Positions 9,541 to 18,046 of a DNA stretch of 64,000 nucleotides are shown here, one piece after another (within the stretch, counting starts at the first letter, position 1; each line of letters opens with the position of its first letter). Under the pieces are notes generated by a model. The model saw only the letters and a program-made list of their open reading frames with translations. It searched no databases and was not told the origin of the DNA. Source of the DNA: a virus (taxonomy: Duplodnaviria; Heunggongvirae; Uroviricota; Caudoviricetes); the IMG/VR virus record IMGVR_UViG_3300033067_001661, positions 205,624 to 269,623 of that record; one strand, written 5' to 3'. Position numbers and translations under genes: made by a program.

Positions 9541-11448
9541 TTAGTTGCTATAGTTACGTTCAAGAGGAGCAACCAACGAAACGCTATTCGCTGTCGAGCG
9601 AGCAAGGGTTCCTGTTGCCTTAACATACTGACCCGTGTTCAAACCAATACCAACTGCTGTTATAGGAGCGTCAACTGCTGCCGTTCTACCACCCTGAACG
9701 TTACCGTCATAGTTGAACGATAGCTGAACGCTTGACTGACTTGAAACAGATCCTGTCATATCTGCGCCTGCATTATTATCAACAATCACAGCGCTTGAAC
9801 TTCCGAATGGATTAAACTGAACAGTTACGCTAGCTCCCGCTGATTCGTTTGTAAAGTTAGCGTCTCCTGTATCTGCTTTTTCAACAGTAACAGAGCCGCT
9901 TGAACCACCAGCGGTAGCTCTATAAAGTCCATTATTACCTGTTGTCGCAAATCCGCTAACGTAAAACTCTTCATTATCAAGAATCTGAGAAAGATCAGTT
10001 GTTGAACTTGTAAGAGTTGCTGTTTGTCCAGAAGCACTTGTTATAGCAAATCCAGTATTTGTTGCTTGATGAGTATATGTAAAGTAAATCCAATACTTAG
10101 CACTAGCATCAAGTCTCAAGTTATCACCAAAGTTAACAGTAAGAACAGCAACATATGGGAACGTTCTCTTTGTTCCAGTGTTGTCATAAAACTCAATACG
10201 GTTTGTATCGCTAGAGCTAAAGCCTTCGATTATAACGCCAGAACCGCCAGAATTAGGATTGCTTGGAGAAGGGTTTCCGCAAACAAGAGTATCACCAACG
10301 AATCTCATAAGAGCGTCAGCAGTCTTTCCTGTTACAGATTGATCTGTTGAGTCAATATCTGAGTTTTGCCTCAAAAGATACTGAACTTTAGTATAAATTT
10401 GCTCTGCTGTTGCAACTACAGGAGTTCCTCTTTGAAGAGTAAAGGTTTGATTAGAAAGCGTACTTGCAAAAGTTCCACCAGTAATTGTAACTTGAGTTGC
10501 TGTTGGATTTCCTGAAATCGTATACGTTCCAGCATTAGCGCCCTCATGTATGGTAAGGGTTCCACCTGCGTAAGGATTTCCAGAAGTATTAATTCCGCCT
10601 TCGGTTGTTGTAAAAACCGTTCCTCCAGAAGAGCATGAACCATCAACACCCGAATGAGTTCCTACGTCAACAACAATACCGAAGTTTCTATCAGTTGTTG
10701 AATCAACATCCCTACTGAAAGCCTGATCAAAATATCTAACAAGAATTGCCGTGTATGGCGAAGACGAACCAACAGTAGAGTCATCTGCGGTAATCTTAAG
10801 GTCAGTACCTGTAGAAATAGGGAAACGGTAAGCAATCGAGTCCATCGTAGTAACACCGATGTCCGTCAAGCTTGATTTACCATACAACTGATTGTATTCA
10901 CGGCAAAAAAGATTAAAAACAGTTCTTCTATCATAGTCAGAACCTTCTGCGTAGTTTCCATCGCCGTCATCGTCTCTTAGAATTTGAACAGCCTGATTTA
11001 CCTGACCAGTAAGTTGAACGTTAACTGCTGAACCACCGCTAGACTGCTGAAAATAAAGCTGGTCATTTGATTCAATAGTACCAAGACCTATAACTCCGGC
11101 CCACTTTTGAGTAACATTACCAGAAGTATTTTTTACCGTCCAACCTGCTGTTCTAATAAGATACCTACTTGCGTCAGCGTCAAAATCCCATCCTTCGATA
11201 AACTCGAAAGATTCGTCAGTAATAGGAGTCATTGGAAACGGAAACGCCGCAAGATTCTTGCTATTAGGATCGTTTCTCCATTCTTCTTTTAGAAACGAAT
11301 AAAGACACTTCAATGTAACTCCGTCAGTTGACAGGTTACCTGTTTGATTCAATTTGATAGTCTTAGCAGCCGTATCTATAAACACTTCGGTTGCTGTATT
11401 ATTACTTGCATGATCGTTTAGGTTGTCAGGATCTGTGATTAGTGCCAT
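9541..11448 (-). CDS. Fibre-cassette structural protein (635 aa)
   Basis: MALITDPD...LKCLYSFLKEEW N-terminus; S/T/G-rich beta composition; ends ERNYSN. Confidence 0.65.
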   Translation of the reverse strand: MALITDPDNLNDHASNNTATEVFIDTAAKTIKLNQTGNLSTDGVTLKCLYSFLKEEWRNDPNSKNLAAFPFPMTPITDESFEFIEGWDFDADASRYLIRTAGWTVKNTSGNVTQKWAGVIGLGTIESNDQLYFQQSSGGSAVNVQLTGQVNQAVQILRDDDGDGNYAEGSDYDRRTVFNLFCREYNQLYGKSSLTDIGVTTMDSIAYRFPISTGTDLKITADDSTVGSSSPYTAILVRYFDQAFSRDVDSTTDRNFGIVVDVGTHSGVDGSCSSGGTVFTTTEGGINTSGNPYAGGTLTIHEGANAGTYTISGNPTATQVTITGGTFASTLSNQTFTLQRGTPVVATAEQIYTKVQYLLRQNSDIDSTDQSVTGKTADALMRFVGDTLVCGNPSPSNPNSGGSGVIIEGFSSSDTNRIEFYDNTGTKRTFPYVAVLTVNFGDNLRLDASAKYWIYFTYTHQATNTGFAITSASGQTATLTSSTTDLSQILDNEEFYVSGFATTGNNGLYRATAGGSSGSVTVEKADTGDANFTNESAGASVTVQFNPFGSSSAVIVDNNAGADMTGSVSSQSSVQLSFNYDGNVQGGRTAAVDAPITAVGIGLNTGQYVKATGTLARSTANSVSLVAPLERNYSN

Positions 11449-11476
11449 TTATAAACTCCAAATTACCTATGATAGG

Positions 11477-11501
11477 ATACAAGAAAAACGAACTTATTCC
11501 T
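11477..11501 (-). promoter_or_regulatory. Candidate phage promoter AGGA-N17-GTAT
   Basis: Motif upstream of the 635/1785/148-aa cassette. Confidence 0.4.
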
Positions 11502-11695
11502 CTTGAATCTTCTCTAAAAACAAAATGTAGTTGGGATTTGAAATCTCCCAAGTTTTTTCGTCAAGCTGACGAATATCAACAACTTCAAAAAATATAACCA
11601 AAATCAAGAACAATATCATCCGTTATGTCTGGTAAATCTTCAAATACCCTACCAATATTCTTGCCATCCGTTGATCGAACAACTATATACTTCAT
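11494..11695 (-). pseudogene. Small gene split by one extra base at TTT-TGA (36 aa + 30 aa; 66 aa if +1 frameshifted)
   Basis: AGGAG RBS, ATG 11695, MKYIVVRSTDG...DFGYIF then TGA at 11587-11585 within a T6 run; +1 frame continues EVVDIRQLDEKTWEISNPNYILFLEKIQEE* to 11494. Confidence 0.65.
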
Positions 11696-11709
11696 AAACT
11701 TCTCCTATG

Positions 11710-12480
11710 TTATGAGACTGATATTCCAGAAAGAGTTCCGTCTAAATTGTAAGTAAAGGTCTTCGTAACATATGGACCTGTTCCAACTATTTGATTTAAT
11801 GTTCCGTCTAAATTATAAGAAAGAGTCTTCGTTCCAGAAGAATCTGTTATAACCGAAAGACGACCGTTTCCGTCATATGTGAAAGTTTTTGATAATTCAG
11901 TACCACCACCCGAAGTAGGAACTGTTGCCCAAAGCACATCCGTTCCATTTGTCTTCAAAAACTTATCAGTATTACCGCTTTGAGAGGGTAATAAAGCATT
12001 AATAGCGGCAGAAACGCTTGTCTGCCCTGTACCTCCCTTATTGATAGGAATTACGTTAGCATTCCATGTTCCTGTCGTAATTGTTCCAAGAGTTACAATA
12101 CTTGTGGAACCAACTAAAGGAGAGTAAACCCCATCATGGTTGTGAGCTACAGGTGAATAAATTCCATCATGATTATGAGAAGAAGAAGCCGCATCAGTAA
12201 TACCATAGCCAGCCAAAGTTGTAGGAGTAGAGGTTATGCTTGCCCAGGAATGAGTATGGACAAGAAGTGCTGCATCAGTAATACCGTATCCTGCTAAAGT
12301 TGTTGGAGTAGAAGTTATTGAAGACCAAGGATGAGTATGCGGTCCTCCGCCAGCGAGCGCTCTATTTTCCCATTTTTGGCTTGTCGAGTTATAAGCCAAA
12401 ACATCACTATTCTGAACGTTTATTATAGAAACGTCAGCTTGATCTGATATTCTGTCTATTACTCTAATACCTAAAGGCAT
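11710..12480 (-). CDS. Fibre-like protein with PTTLAGYGITDA repeats and a YD-like C-terminus
   Basis: Two HTHxWxSITSTPTTLAGYGITDA copies (81-nt period); KTFTY/KTLSY...NLDGTL repeats. Confidence 0.75.
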   Translation of the reverse strand: MPLGIRVIDRISDQADVSIINVQNSDVLAYNSTSQKWENRALAGGGPHTHPWSSITSTPTTLAGYGITDAALLVHTHSWASITSTPTTLAGYGITDAASSSHNHDGIYSPVAHNHDGVYSPLVGSTSIVTLGTITTGTWNANVIPINKGGTGQTSVSAAINALLPSQSGNTDKFLKTNGTDVLWATVPTSGGGTELSKTFTYDGNGRLSVITDSSGTKTLSYNLDGTLNQIVGTGPYVTKTFTYNLDGTLSGISVS

Positions 12481-13487
12481 TATCCAAACCTCATGTTAGG
12501 CCCTCTTCCTTTAGACCCTCTTGGGCCGATTCTTGGGCTTTGAACGGTTGGGCTTCCTCTTGCTTTTGCAGCACAACAAGTCTTAAGCAAGTCAAACGTC
12601 TTCTGTATGCTACTTCCTAATTCCGAATTTACCTTATTCAATTCCTCTAAGGTCTTTCCAGTTGACAAAGCTATAGCCGCTAATATATGAGCCTCAAGCT
12701 CCGTATAGTCGCAATCAGCAATACCGCCAGCCGTAAGCGTTCTTGTTGAATACTCCCATATCTGCTGTGGAGTAATGCCAGGCGGAATCTCCGGGAAGCT
12801 AGTAAGAGTTCTTGTTCCATATTCCCAAACTCTACGAGCAATCTCAAGCCACTCGCCACTCTGAGCGCCCCAACAAACCCTTAGATTTCCCGTATTACAA
12901 TCTACAGAGCGATTTGGAGTAGCCCCTTTCCTTTTCCAGACCTCAATAAAGTAAAACTGATTACCAACGACAACAGGAATGTTTGAAACATTGCTTATGA
13001 TATATTCATACCAACCAATCCTGTCTGTATCTTCAACCAAAGGCAACGCAAAAGTTGTTTGATTTGATAAAGAATATGTCTCAAATGTAGACGTAGACGG
13101 ATTCCATGCTTTTGTTAAATCTTCAGCAGAAAACAAGATTGCATAAAAGTTCAAACCTGGCTGATCGCTATAGGTTATATCAAATGTATCGCCAATCTCA
13201 GGGACGCACTCCTCATTAGAAGTGCAACCAACAAGTCCCTCAGTTGATATGTCTATGAAAGACAAAACTCTAGAGGTATCGGTTGAGTCGCAAAACTTAA
13301 CGCCTCCTCGAAAGTTTTCTGGGAAATTAGAATACTCCCAAATATAGAACCCTTCGCCGACTTCAAAGAATCCGTCAGAAACAAACGGAGTAACAGTTGT
13401 TCCGTTTGGCTTTATTATTTGCGCAGCAAGATCTAAGCCTGCAAATCCAGCGCCTAGATTAATTGATATAACCATTGTCTTAGGCAT
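12480..13487 (-). CDS. Virion-associated protein (335 aa)
   Basis: Paralogous N-terminal module; two [VI]WEYxTRTLT repeats; basic C-terminal tail. Confidence 0.65.
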   Translation of the reverse strand: MPKTMVISINLGAGFAGLDLAAQIIKPNGTTVTPFVSDGFFEVGEGFYIWEYSNFPENFRGGVKFCDSTDTSRVLSFIDISTEGLVGCTSNEECVPEIGDTFDITYSDQPGLNFYAILFSAEDLTKAWNPSTSTFETYSLSNQTTFALPLVEDTDRIGWYEYIISNVSNIPVVVGNQFYFIEVWKRKGATPNRSVDCNTGNLRVCWGAQSGEWLEIARRVWEYGTRTLTSFPEIPPGITPQQIWEYSTRTLTAGGIADCDYTELEAHILAAIALSTGKTLEELNKVNSELGSSIQKTFDLLKTCCAAKARGSPTVQSPRIGPRGSKGRGPNMRFG

Positions 13488-13490
13488 ACA

Positions 13491-16400
13491 TTACTCTCCA
13501 ATAACCGAACCAGTAGCAGGCGGATTAGCCGCAGGATAGTTGGCGCTTCCACCAGGGCCTTTATCAAGACCGGCAGAACGAGGAGTTACAAGTCTCCTCT
13601 TTGAGTAGAATACCATAAGATTTGTCATTTCAACGTCAACAGTTCTACTTGTCGTTCCGCTACTCTTGAATATTCCAATTATCGACGGATGAACCCTTAT
13701 ATTTGAAAGAGGAATATTAGTCGTTATCTCTCCAACCAATCCGTTATTGATATAGAACGATACCTTCGTTCTGTTTCCTCCGCTATCATCATTTGATAGT
13801 ATCCACTTCAAACTAATCCAATCAGTCGTTACATCAACCGCTGTATAAAGCGTTCCTCCAGCATTCTCCGTTGTACCAAAAGCGTCCTTACATCTATAAG
13901 TCCAAAAATCGCCATAGTTCAATCTGTCATAAACAAAGCCAACAAATGCATTTGTCGCATTTGGCGTTGTATTAACATCCGACAATCCAGCAATAACCTG
14001 AAACTCATTTCCAACAACAGAAAGATTCTGTATTCTTAATAGGCATTCCCAAATTGTACCTCCCAAAAGATTACTCGTCTTTTGAGAAGCGGCATTGTAA
14101 AACATAGAAACATAGCCCGTTGTTCCCGTACCAGTCTGAAGCTGAACCCAACCTTGTTCGTCGGTGCTTGTTCCTGCTACGTTTTGAACAACCGAGCCGC
14201 CAGAGGCCTGCGTTAGATAACCAGTATTACCATAGCTTCCGCTCGTAATTGCGCCTCCCCAAAACTCATCATACATCTTACCAACGCACATTGGGTCGGC
14301 AACAACATTCTCATGACCGTTAACAAGAATCCATCTACCATTAGCATCTGCGGCTTCGTCGTCATACATAAAAGTAAATTCGTCTCTTGGCCTCATAAGG
14401 ATATCAACGCCGTAAGGAGTTCTAATCCTCTTTTTGCTTGTTAGCGCCGAAGAGCTTTCGTGACAAACAAGTATATCATACTCTCCTGCATTTCTAATAT
14501 GAATTCTTCTACCTGGATAAGGATTTTCTATGCCTTGTAGCTTTATTGGAGGATTTGCTGAGTTGCCTGCTATTTTTATGAAGTTCTCATTGAAACCAAT
14601 AGGAAATGCCGTTTCATCAAAAAACGAAATAGCAGGAGTATATCTTCCGTGAGCAATCATAAGACATTGATTGCCAACAGAGAATCTTTGCGTATAGCTA
14701 ACGGCATTACTATCAGTTCCGCTTTCAAGAATATGAGTTGGAACAAGACTTGTATTCGAAGTAAACTTCATTGTTGACTGCCAATACTCCATATACGAAG
14801 AGCCAGAGACAGTTAACGCTTGACCGCTATTGTTGTTACCAGTTAGTATCTGATCAAAAGATATTGTTCCGCCAGGATTTATCCATGACATATTACCAGA
14901 AGTATCTGAGGCCAAAACTTGACCATTAGAAACAGGATAAGCAGAAGGTAGTATATATGGATATCCAGAGCCAAGACCGCTAGGAGCTTTTATGCTAACA
15001 TAAGCGCTAGGAGAGCTACTACTTGTTAGTAACCTAATTTCGCCAGGAGAAGTTCCAGAAGCTATCCTAAGGAAGTTGGCGTTTGCTGTATTATCCCAAA
15101 AGAAATTTGTATTGTTCTGAGAAAGAACAGGACCGCTTCCAATAAAAAGGATTGAGCCAGTAGTTCCGCTTGTAACTGTAGAGCCTATTGATATGGTTGG
15201 AGCCGCAGGAGCCTGAGAAACCCATGTTGTTCCATTAGAAGTAAGAACATTTCCGCTTGTGCTTGGAGCAACCAACCCAACCTGAGAAGTTCCATTTCCA
15301 AGCAAAACGTTATTTGCAACAAGAGTTGCCCTTCCTGTGCCACCTTGAGCAACGGTAACAGTTGCTGCGTCAGTCAAAACAAGAGCGTTTACGTTAGGTA
15401 ATGTATAAGTCTTTAGAGATGTTGCAGGCCCTGTAAATTGCATAAATCCATTGTTTGTTCCGCCATTTGCCCCTGGCAAGATCCCGCTAACTTCTGAGGT
15501 TAGAGCAACAGCGCCCCAAGAAGGCGTTGTTCCTCCATGCAAAACTTGAGAAGATGTTCCGGCAGCCAAAGAAGCCATTGCCGTTGTGGACGTACCATAT
15601 AACAAGGCTCCAGCGCCTGAAATAGAAGTCAAGCCCGTACCACCTTTATTAACTACTACAGGGAAGCCCGACATATTATTGATATTGAAATTGGCTTCAA
15701 CAGCATCTATTGTAATAGATCCAGCACCAAGAGTAACAGATATCTTCGAAGAACCAGCAGAAACGGTCTTGTATTCCAAACCCGTAGCGCCAGTATTAAC
15801 TGCCAAAACTTGATTAGCAGTACCAATTGAAGTCAAACCCGTTCCGCCTCTACTAACTGCTATAGTTGTTCCGTTCCATGTTCCAGTCGTTATAGTTCCA
15901 AGAGTTGTTAAGTTAGTAGAGCCAGCCCATGTAGAAAGAGCAACGTTTTCAACAAGATTAAGAGAAAGCATTGTTTTTGTTGAAGAAGCGGTTAATTCTT
16001 CAATATCGCCGCTACCAGTTGCGGTTCGACCAAGAATTCTATTCTGAGCTATAGCCTGCATTTTAGCAAAAATGACAGCCCTTGCAGCTATGGTTGCCGT
16101 ATATGTACCGCTTGTCATAGTTGGAGTTGTTACGTCTCCGCTTAGTGTTATAGCCTGATTACCAGTAGACCAAGAAGTGTTTGAACCGTCTGTCATTAAG
16201 AACTTATTAGCATTACCAGTCTGAGAAGGAAGAAGAGCATTCAAGGCTGCATTCGCTGTTGTCTGTCCCGTTCCGCCCTTTGATATAGCAAGAGTTCCAG
16301 AAAAGGCATTTATGTCAATAACACCAGGAATAAAATCCCAAACCAATTCGCCAGCGTTTGGAAGAATCTCAATAGCGTCACTAACTGAGTAAACAAACTT

Positions 16401-18020
16401 ATATTCAAGAGCATTACCAAAATTATTGACAGCTAAAACATAGTTAGCAGTTCCCAAAGAATTCAATCCTGTTCCGCCATTAGAAACTCCAAGAGTTCCA
16501 GTTATCTTTGACGCAGCTAAAGAATCAATCCATGATGGATCTATATAGTCACTCGTTGTAACAACAACTTCTGATCCAACGTCTATTGACGGATTTCCAC
16601 TAACACCGTCGCCGTTTGAAACAGTAATTCTGTTTGCTGTTCCTGTTATTGTTCTTCCGGCGAAGTTATTATTAGACGTTTGAACAAGAATACCATTCGT
16701 ATTATAGTTTGCCAAAGCTTCCAAGCCAGCGTCTGCATTTATGTTCGTTCTACCGTTCAAGCTATCGTCTGAAGCAGTAAAAGCTCCGCCAACAAAATTG
16801 ATCGTGCTTCTTGCTGTAAGATTTGAACCATCTTCCTGAACTGTTGCATAACCACCAGCGCCTGCGCTAGCGTTAATTGTTACAGAGTTCGCTCCATGCG
16901 ATATCGTTACATTCGTTCCTGCAACAAGCGTTTTGTATTCTAAAGCATTTGCTGCATTATTTACGCCAAGAACCTGATTGGCGCTTCCTATAGATCCAAG
17001 TCCTGTTCCACCAAGATTAGTAGGAACGATTGTTCCATTAGAAACCGCAGTTACTCGACCCTTACCGTCAACCGTTACCGTTGCATAAGTAAAAGTTCCA
17101 ACATTTGAGTTCACTGTTGAAAGCGTCAAAGCACCGCTATTATTGATACTAGCATCACCAGACATCGCAACACCAGTTGCAACATTAGAGCCATTGCCAA
17201 CAAAAATGTTTGCAGAAGTTAAAGTTGAAGAAAGTTTGTTATTGAACGTTGTCCAATCTGAAGAAGTCAAAAGACCTCGATTAGATCCAGACGAATTTGG
17301 AATATTGAAAGTATGAGTAGAGCCAGTTGAAGATATACCAAAATCAGTTCCGGCTGTTCCTGTTGCAAATGTTTGAGAAGAAGCAGTAAGCGTATTAAGC
17401 GACTGTATAACGCCAGTTCCGTTAGCGGCTGCTGTTATTCTTCCTTTTGCGTCAACGGTTATTGTTGCATAAGTAAACGTTCCAACGTTAGAGTTTACCG
17501 TTGCAAGAGTCAATCCTCCAGCATTATTGATTGTTGCGTCACCAAACATAGCAACACCCGTCGCTATGTTTGAAGCATTACCAACAAATATATACGAAGA
17601 CGTTAACGAAGAAGAAAGCTTGTTATTGAATGTTGTCCAATCTGAAGAGGTCAAAAGACCTCTATTAGACACAGAAGAATTTGGTATATTGAAAGTATGA
17701 GTAGAGCCAGTTGAGGATATACCAAAATCAGTTCCGGCTGTTCCTGTAGCAAACGTTTGCGTTCCAACTGTCAAACCATTTAGATTTGTTATACCGCCAC
17801 CGCCGCCAACGATTTCGGTCCATTGCAGGGTCGAACCATCGGTTTGCAAAAACTTACCAGCATTACCAGCTTGCGGAGGAAGAATAATTGTAATTAAGTC
17901 CGCATTAATCCATTTTTCTGTTGCAGAATCATAGACAACTCCTTGATGATTTTGTATGTTTACAAAGTTAACATCAAGGAGTCTTGAAAAGAACGTAATT
18001 ATGCGAATTGCAGAAGGCAT
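13491..18020 (-). CDS. Long fibre protein (1509 aa) with a C-terminal lectin/ConA-like domain
   Basis: Multiple GGTG fibre motifs, a 128-aa tandem duplication and a beta-sandwich-like C-terminus. Confidence 0.75.
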   Translation of the reverse strand: MPSAIRIITFFSRLLDVNFVNIQNHQGVVYDSATEKWINADLITIILPPQAGNAGKFLQTDGSTLQWTEIVGGGGGITNLNGLTVGTQTFATGTAGTDFGISSTGSTHTFNIPNSSVSNRGLLTSSDWTTFNNKLSSSLTSSYIFVGNASNIATGVAMFGDATINNAGGLTLATVNSNVGTFTYATITVDAKGRITAAANGTGVIQSLNTLTASSQTFATGTAGTDFGISSTGSTHTFNIPNSSGSNRGLLTSSDWTTFNNKLSSTLTSANIFVGNGSNVATGVAMSGDASINNSGALTLSTVNSNVGTFTYATVTVDGKGRVTAVSNGTIVPTNLGGTGLGSIGSANQVLGVNNAANALEYKTLVAGTNVTISHGANSVTINASAGAGGYATVQEDGSNLTARSTINFVGGAFTASDDSLNGRTNINADAGLEALANYNTNGILVQTSNNNFAGRTITGTANRITVSNGDGVSGNPSIDVGSEVVVTTSDYIDPSWIDSLAASKITGTLGVSNGGTGLNSLGTANYVLAVNNFGNALEYKFVYSVSDAIEILPNAGELVWDFIPGVIDINAFSGTLAISKGGTGQTTANAALNALLPSQTGNANKFLMTDGSNTSWSTGNQAITLSGDVTTPTMTSGTYTATIAARAVIFAKMQAIAQNRILGRTATGSGDIEELTASSTKTMLSLNLVENVALSTWAGSTNLTTLGTITTGTWNGTTIAVSRGGTGLTSIGTANQVLAVNTGATGLEYKTVSAGSSKISVTLGAGSITIDAVEANFNINNMSGFPVVVNKGGTGLTSISGAGALLYGTSTTAMASLAAGTSSQVLHGGTTPSWGAVALTSEVSGILPGANGGTNNGFMQFTGPATSLKTYTLPNVNALVLTDAATVTVAQGGTGRATLVANNVLLGNGTSQVGLVAPSTSGNVLTSNGTTWVSQAPAAPTISIGSTVTSGTTGSILFIGSGPVLSQNNTNFFWDNTANANFLRIASGTSPGEIRLLTSSSSPSAYVSIKAPSGLGSGYPYILPSAYPVSNGQVLASDTSGNMSWINPGGTISFDQILTGNNNSGQALTVSGSSYMEYWQSTMKFTSNTSLVPTHILESGTDSNAVSYTQRFSVGNQCLMIAHGRYTPAISFFDETAFPIGFNENFIKIAGNSANPPIKLQGIENPYPGRRIHIRNAGEYDILVCHESSSALTSKKRIRTPYGVDILMRPRDEFTFMYDDEAADANGRWILVNGHENVVADPMCVGKMYDEFWGGAITSGSYGNTGYLTQASGGSVVQNVAGTSTDEQGWVQLQTGTGTTGYVSMFYNAASQKTSNLLGGTIWECLLRIQNLSVVGNEFQVIAGLSDVNTTPNATNAFVGFVYDRLNYGDFWTYRCKDAFGTTENAGGTLYTAVDVTTDWISLKWILSNDDSGGNRTKVSFYINNGLVGEITTNIPLSNIRVHPSIIGIFKSSGTTSRTVDVEMTNLMVFYSKRRLVTPRSAGLDKGPGGSANYPAANPPATGSVIGE
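17031..17765 (-). repeat. Tandem 384-nt (128-aa) duplication in the fibre gene
   Basis: Near-identical DNA at 17701 vs 17317 and 17416 vs 17032 (offset 384). Confidence 0.9.
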
Positions 18021-18046
18021 TTCTTATTCGTAATATCCTATGAAAG

